Part shown: positions 53,301-59,794 of the stretch, piece by piece
Position numbering within the stretch: position 1 is the first letter of the stretch
Layout: every line of letters begins with the position of its first letter
Assembly (NCBI RefSeq): GCF_006345805.1
Contig: NW_021833849.1
Location: forward strand, 1 to 59,794
Source of the DNA: Octopus sinensis
Taxonomy: Eukaryota
DNA: 59,794 nucleotides
Reading direction: 5' to 3'
The notes under the pieces: model-generated
What the model was told of the DNA's origin: nothing
What the model saw: the letters and a program-made list of their open reading frames with translations, nothing else
Database searches by the model: none
Made by a program: the position numbers and the translations under genes

Positions 53301-53930
53301 CTCTTGCCAAGAAGGCTTTTTGTGGGACTGTTGCCGTTTTCTAATCTTTACACCACATAGGATCGGTTGATTTTCGCGGATGCATAGTATAGGTGGTTGA
53401 GGTTTGTGATATCAACATCATTAACTGAAATTATATCCTTAAGTGCAAGCCGGATTTTACCAATTATTTTCATGTTTTGGTTAGAGTTGCGGATTTTAGG
53501 AAGTGTATCACGCTCATCCATGCTGGTTTCTTTAATTTTCAGCCATTCAATCATGATTTGATTTTTTAGCTCATAGTGTGTTCTGTTGGGTCATATTTGT
53601 GTGACTTTCTTTATCTATTTGATGCTCATCTGTCTTAGTGTTTATGATTGGTTCAGGGCGTATTTCACTTTGCCTATCACTTATACTAACTCTTTCAATC
53701 CTCTCTTCGTTTTTATCCGCCCTGGGCTGGTCTATAATCATTTCCTCTGTATTATCTTCTCTAGCTGCAGCTTCGTTCATTTTATCCGATATTGCTTGTC
53801 TAACCTGATCAATCTCTACTTCAGTCAGTAATTTCTTTTTTATAATGTTTCTTCTAACATTGGCAAGCTTGTTACTGTCTATGTAGGGTCTTACCTCAGG
53901 GTGTTTCTGTCTCCAGTTTAAGTATGCTTG
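50349..53930 (-). mobile_element. Near-full-length R4/Dong-like RLE retrotransposon (family 2) inserted in (TAA)n; right arm only
   Basis: N-terminal AYLNWRQKHP..DSNKLANVRRNIIKK; KSPGKD, NYRPITCL, EQKGC, DYKKAFDS, GIFQGDSLSPLLF, YMDDLKL, YKYLG; CCHC finger, RHD, RPDII..LIDMTVP; stop at 50566-50568; ~220 bp 3' UTR; several frameshifts. Confidence 0.95.
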
Positions 53931-53963
53931 TATTATTATTATTATTATTATTATTATTTTTCA

Positions 53964-54021
<58 letters not shown>

Positions 54022-54068
54022 CATCATTATTATTATTATTATCATTATTATTATTATTATTATTATTA

Positions 54069-55630
54069 CTTTTTTTTCCTTCTTTCAAATTTGCTTCCAT
54101 TTCTTGCCGAGTGTCTTCCCGACTCCTACGGCAAAGAAACTCATAGTATACATTGGTAGGCCATTAAACCAAACTCAGTAGTTCGTTCATTTTTTTTTTT
54201 TTAAAGTTAAATTAAAATACATGAGCAGCAACAGTTCTCACATCGACAATGCTCTTCTCAATACGTGTGATGTACAGTTAAGACAATCTTTTGCACTTCT
54301 TGCAGGGATGGTAAGCCAGGGATCATTCTCATATAATTTTCGGTTCCCTTCTTGATCATTCCTAGTGCTCCTACGATCACTGGTATTGTAACCGCCTTGA
54401 GATGCCACATTTTCTCAATTTCAATGAGTAGGTCTTTATATTTTCTGAGCTTGTCAAAACTTTCGCCGAGATATTATGATCACAGGGGATGCTCATGTCG
54501 ATCATAAGCAAACTTTATTGTTTTGGTCTTTCAAAACAATATCTGGTTTATTGGCCTTGATGGTTCGGTCTGTATGTACTGGAAAGTCGCACAGAATGGT
54601 TACATTTTCTCCTTCAGTTACAGCCTCAGGGTGGTGATTATACCACTTGTCGGCAGTTTTGATATTGTAATGCCTACTCATTAGCCAGTGGAGATATTGG
54701 CCAACTCTGTCATGTCTTAATTTATACTCCACTGGTGCTAAGACTTTACATCCAGAGATTAGGTGGTCCACTGTTTCAATCATGTCGTTGCAGAATCGGC
54801 ATTTTGGGTCTGCTCCATTTTTCATCACATTGGCCTGGTAGTTCCGGGTTAATAGGCTTTGATCTTGAGCAGCCAGGATGAAACCTTCGCTCTCTGCTTT
54901 TAGCCCTGAGCTCCGTAGCCACTGATGGGTTTGCTTCTGGTCAACATCAGCTTGTTTGCTGCGGGCCACATATTTGCCGTGCAGAGGTTCTCCTTCCACC
55001 TATCAGCCAATTGCTCGTGCGCTTTTTTCGTTGCCATTATTTTTACCTTCTTTGCAACAATAGCTGCCGTACTTCCCTCGGGTTGTTCAGTTTGGGTATC
55101 CTGCACGAGATCAATAGCAAATTTTGCGTTCCTTTATGATAGAATGAAGCTTCTTTCGTCTCTCGTGATTTTCCACGAGCTTTAGCATCCAGTCATTCGT
55201 TATTTCGAGATATTTAGCCAGTCCAGTTGTGGTTGTTTTGTAAGCTAGTTCAAATTGGATCAGGCCTCGACCTCCTTAGGCTCTGGGAAGGTAAAGGCGA
55301 TCTCCGTCTGCCTTGGGTGGTGCATCCTATTACATCTCAGCAGCTTGCGTATTTTCCTATCTATATTCTTTACTTCACTCATATTCCAGTTCAATACATT
55401 GTAGATATAAATAACAACTGGAATTGCTAAGGAATTTATAGCTAACACCTTGTTACGTGCATTTAGTTCAGATTTCAGGACTGCACGAACTCTCCTATAA
55501 CATTCCTTCCTGATTTTCTCTTTCATGCTTGCATGCTGAATACCAGAGCCTTCATTTATCCCTAAATATTTGTATGTTTGCTCTGGCTCAGGCTCTCTTA
55601 TGACTGTGTCAACATCTAACACGACTGAAT
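54069..55630 (-). mobile_element. Mirror copy of the R4/Dong-like family 1 fragment
   Basis: Same 5' truncation point and same TAA stop (55275-55277); single 3' terminus. Confidence 0.93.
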
Positions 55631-55662
55631 TATTATTATTATTATTATTATTATATTATCAA

Positions 55663-55746
<84 letters not shown>

Positions 55747-55793
55747 CATTATTATCATCATCATCATTATTATTATTATTATCATTATTATTA

Positions 55794-55831
<38 letters not shown>

Positions 55832-56050
55832 ATTATCTTTATTATTATTATTAATATTATCATTATTATTATTATTATTATTATTATCATTATTATTATC
55901 ATTATTATTATTATTATCATTATTATTATTATTATTATCTTATTATTATTATTATTATTATCATTATTATCATATTATTATTTTATTTAATCTTATCATT
56001 ATTATTAATCATTATTATTATTATTATTATCATTATTATTATTATTATTA

Positions 56051-56084
<34 letters not shown>

Positions 56085-56470
56085 CATTATTATTAATTAT
56101 TATTATTATTATTTTATCATTATTATCATTATTAATATTATTATTATTATTAATTATTTTATTAATTATTATTATTATCATATTATTATTATATCTTATT
56201 ATTATTATTATTATCATTATTATTATTACTCTTATTATTATTATATTATTATTATTATTATTATTATCATTATTATTATTATTATTATTTTCATTACCAT
56301 TATTATCATTGTTATTATTATTATTATCATCATCTATTATTATTATTATTATCATCATCATCATCATTATTATTATCATCATCATTATTATTATTATTAT
56401 TTATTATTATTATATATTATTATTATCATTCATCATCATAATCATCATCATCATCATCATCATTCCAGTC
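55631..56470. repeat. (ATT/ATC)n microsatellite, mirror of 28810-29671
   Basis: Directly visible. Confidence 0.97.
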
Positions 56471-56575
56471 ATCACCGTTACTATAACTATTATTAGTTTT
56501 GCCCATTTAAAAATGGTTTCAGTTTATCAATAAATTTTTTCTCTAACGTTTCTCTCGCCTTGTCTTCAGTTGTGT

Positions 56576-57360
56576 AGACCACAAGTTGCCAGTGGTCGGT
56601 TTAACGGATCATCTGGCCGACATCAGGATCTCTTATTTACTGTTGGAGCACACGTGACCGTTCCACTAGTGCATTCCAAGTCTGGCCAACGTATATCTCT
56701 TCAGAATTCTGGCATTTGATGCAGTAAATTAAATTTCTGCTTTTGCTGTTCATATTTAAATTTGCAAATATTCTTCCGTTTATTTTTTGTTCCAATATTG
56801 ACCGATATGTATGAACTGACATGTCCCACATCGATTATCATTGTACTTAGTCACAATGAATGATTCGTATTGTTGCTAAGATCACACTTTGCCTTTATTA
56901 AATGTTTCAAGTCTTTCGACTGTCTTTTACTTAGAGCCATTACTCCATCCGTGATTATATCTTCTAATTCATTACTTTGAATAATGATCGGCAAGTTTGA
57001 TTTGCAATGCTTAAGGTATTCCGGTAACATGGGTTGTGTGCCACTATAACTGGTATGATCTGTTCTCGTTTTCCTCATCCTCGGGTGGCCCTAAGTTCTT
57101 GTATGGGTATTTCTATATCAAGCTGTACACCATTTTCTATGAGTAGATATTTTTGCTTGGGTAGAGATTCTTTTAGTTTTGTTAGGCTTTTGTCTCTGAT
57201 TCTCACATCCTCCACAAACGTACACATTTTCTCGGCTAGGTTGTATGGGATATTGCGTTTTGTATATGTTGGATAGTAAAATTTGAAGTTCAGGTATTGA
57301 ACTTTAAAGGTTATTTTATCTGTTTTGGTGACACAATTCGTGACACCAAAATATCTTTAG
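56576..57360 (-). mobile_element. Penelope-like remnant, mirror copy
   Basis: SKSRNLIYCIKCQNSEEIYVGQTWNALVER. Confidence 0.85.
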
Positions 57361-58278
57361 AATTGCCAAAGCAAACTTGACGATCGTTGTTCAAAGTAAT
57401 GAATTGAAGAATAATATATATATTGATTTAGCTTCCAGACAGTCTTTTCCGGACACAGTGTTTGTTATCATGAGACCCCTTATTGCACACAAACGTAGTA
57501 ATTATGCTCGCTTCTCTTTTGGTTTGCTAAAGCTTTATCTTTCTATAGCATTTGGTCAGTTCTTGCTTCAGCCTGCTTCTTCATTGAAGCGGAGGTCTCC
57601 AATGATTACGTTGAAGCAATTCCATAGTAACAAGTTTCTTTTTGTTTATAGGTGATCAAAGTATTCATGTGATTCTTCAAAACTGTATCTGGAATCTGGG
57701 ACATAAATTTAGAAGATGGTTAACATTCCCTGTGGCATCGAGAGAAACACTCATTAGTCTCTCTTAATAAGAGACGTAGGAATTTATATATTTTGCGAAT
57801 GTTTTTCTTCCATTAAAGCTACTCCCTGTCATGTAATGTTATCTCTTCTGCATAAATAAATGATAACATACTTAACCATTTTAAACGCGATACCTTGCAG
57901 ATAAGGAAGGACATTTCAAACCCAGTAAAGCTGTAGAGATAGCAGAGAAAGACTGGGTACCCTTATGAGATGGAAAAAAGTTGCACTCGAACCCGTATCC
58001 CTCAGACATCGACTGAATTGGCGACAGGTAATTGAATCCTGATAACTTCACACACGGTATTTTGACTCCGGTAATTTGACTACAAGTCAATCTCACTCCC
58101 GATATTACAAAAAATAAAACGTTGAATAAGGATGAAATAAAAAGTCGAGTAAAACCTAAAATTATTACTAAAAGTTTCAATAAAAATGAAGGTTAGGGGC
58201 CATTGCTCATATAAAATCCATCTTATTTTCGGGACTATGTCGCTCAATACTTATCCGTTTGCTTATATCCTTTCTTTT

Positions 58279-59329
58279 ATTTTTGTTTGGTCTCACAGAT
58301 CCCACCTCCATCAAATTCAACCTGTCTCAGCTGTGCCAAGTGTTCTTCCCTTCTCAATGCAGTAATTATCTCCATATATTCGGATGTGAACAAATTAAGG
58401 AAATTTGTAGGGCGTTGTGAAATCCCTCTAAAAGGTTATTAGTGCGAGGCATATCCGATTCTGTTTTAAAGCGGACATTCCAACTACCAATAGGAAACTA
58501 GGGAGAAGTCCTTTGTAGTCTGATTCCTTTACTTTGCACTCTTCTTAGGTACGATAATCCAAAGTAGGTCACAAGTTCTAGCAGGAGGATCATCGTCATC
58601 TACAAGATGTTCGACAATGGGAAACTAGGGAGAAGTCCTTCGTGGTCTCATTCCTTTACTTCACACTTATCATAGGTACGATAATCTAAAGTAGGTCACA
58701 AGTTCTTGCGGAAGATCATCGTCATCTACAAGATTTTCGACTCCGTCAATCTCATCATCGAGACGAAGAATTAGCAATGCTTAAAAACCTCTGATTTTAA
58801 TGCTAAACTCATTATCATGATGGTATCTGTCCTTCAAGCCAAATTCACATGTTTTCTGTATATATTTTGTGATAGATGAAAAAGACAGCATGAGATGGAA
58901 GTAGTAGGAAACAGATACAATGCTATTAATAAGAGCTTTTTCAAAATCCCTCATAAAATCTTCAGGGCTCAGTCTTTGGAGTAATTCATTTAGCTTATAA
59001 AAAAGGCGGCTGTAAGTTTATTTTTGGGTGGGGGTAATGAAAACAACTGCGGGACACTGAATAACCCCACCTGAATATGATGCATGGATTTTGAAGCACA
59101 TGAACAATGAGGATCTTCACCAATGTGCTGAATTATGGTATGATCTTCATCATGTATCCTAATGTGCACTCGAGCGTTACAGGACATAATTTCGAATTTC
59201 CTGTAAGTCTTAGATTCATCAGCGTTTTGTTTCTGTGCTTCATAATATGTAATTCATGTCATCCACAAGTCTCTTCCTTCCGCGGATACTGTCAAAAACG
59301 TGAGGTATGGTGTAAGTATATTTCCTTTA
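58279..59329 (-). mobile_element. MULE transposase pseudogene, mirror copy
   Basis: Reverse complement of 25960-27010. Confidence 0.85.
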
Positions 59330-59794
59330 TAAGTAACTTTTATATCCTTGTATGTTTGATAAATAATTTAACGAAGTATTTACACGAACGCACGAGGCTT
59401 CCTGTTATACGAGGTTACACGGCTCACAGCGAACTGCTGATAACTCGACAGTTCTTTATTCATAGCAAATGTTGTGACAATTCACTTTTAATCATATGGG
59501 AGTTGTCGGAATCCTTCCACAACAGTAACGAATGAGGCAAGGATGGATCACGGATAAACCTGTAAACTCTTTAAATTAAACATCCGAATGGATAACTGAA
59601 AAGGTACTTTCAGTTAACTGAATTACTCTGTAAATAAATCAATCGAATAGGTGACTGAAATGATATTTTCAGTTTACCGAATTACCTTGTATATCATCAT
59701 CATCATCAGCAGCAGCAGCAGCAGAAGCAGCAACAACAATAACAATAATCAGTAGAGCACTTAAAATGTGCAAACCTCCGCCGAGACAATACCA

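Larger units (their letters stand above)
48330..59794. repeat. Right arm of the giant inverted duplication (continues past the window end)
   Basis: The last bases ccgccgagacaatacca are the reverse complement of 25495 onward. Confidence 0.97.

Overview
An AT-rich, microsatellite-dense animal genomic window. The SINE and LINE repertoire suggests a cephalopod (Octopus-like); this is inference. It is mostly transposon debris reorganised by local duplications. No rRNA, intact tRNA, CRISPR or prokaryotic features are present. (1) A candidate unannotated plus-strand host gene has five phase-compatible exons (277-350, 696-778, 1125-1177, 7084-7166, 7457-7551, about 128 aa) and weakly resembles a dynamin/Mx stalk. 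A dead full-length RTE LINE (1452-5334) sits in its third intron. (2) A partial direct duplicate (18044-23121, copy of 1452-10386) starts exactly at the RTE 5' end, has a ~3 kb deletion and lacks a dimeric SINE insertion. (3) A giant inverted duplication has a left arm at 25495-~34560 and a right arm at ~48330-59794 that runs off the window. The arms carry MULE, Penelope and R4/Dong-like remnants, and their divergence appears to rise towards the spacer. (4) The spacer holds an L1/Tx1 ORF1 remnant and a ~4.2 kb tandem triplication with CR1 fragments and a local fold-back. (5) Two different R4/Dong-like RLE retrotransposons are inserted in (TAA)n repeats. One (50349-53930) is present in only one arm, giving a filled/empty site pair. 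Gypsy gag, Helitron and further Penelope remnants are also readable. All identity figures are rough by-eye counts, and assembly or haplotype artefacts cannot be excluded from sequence alone.
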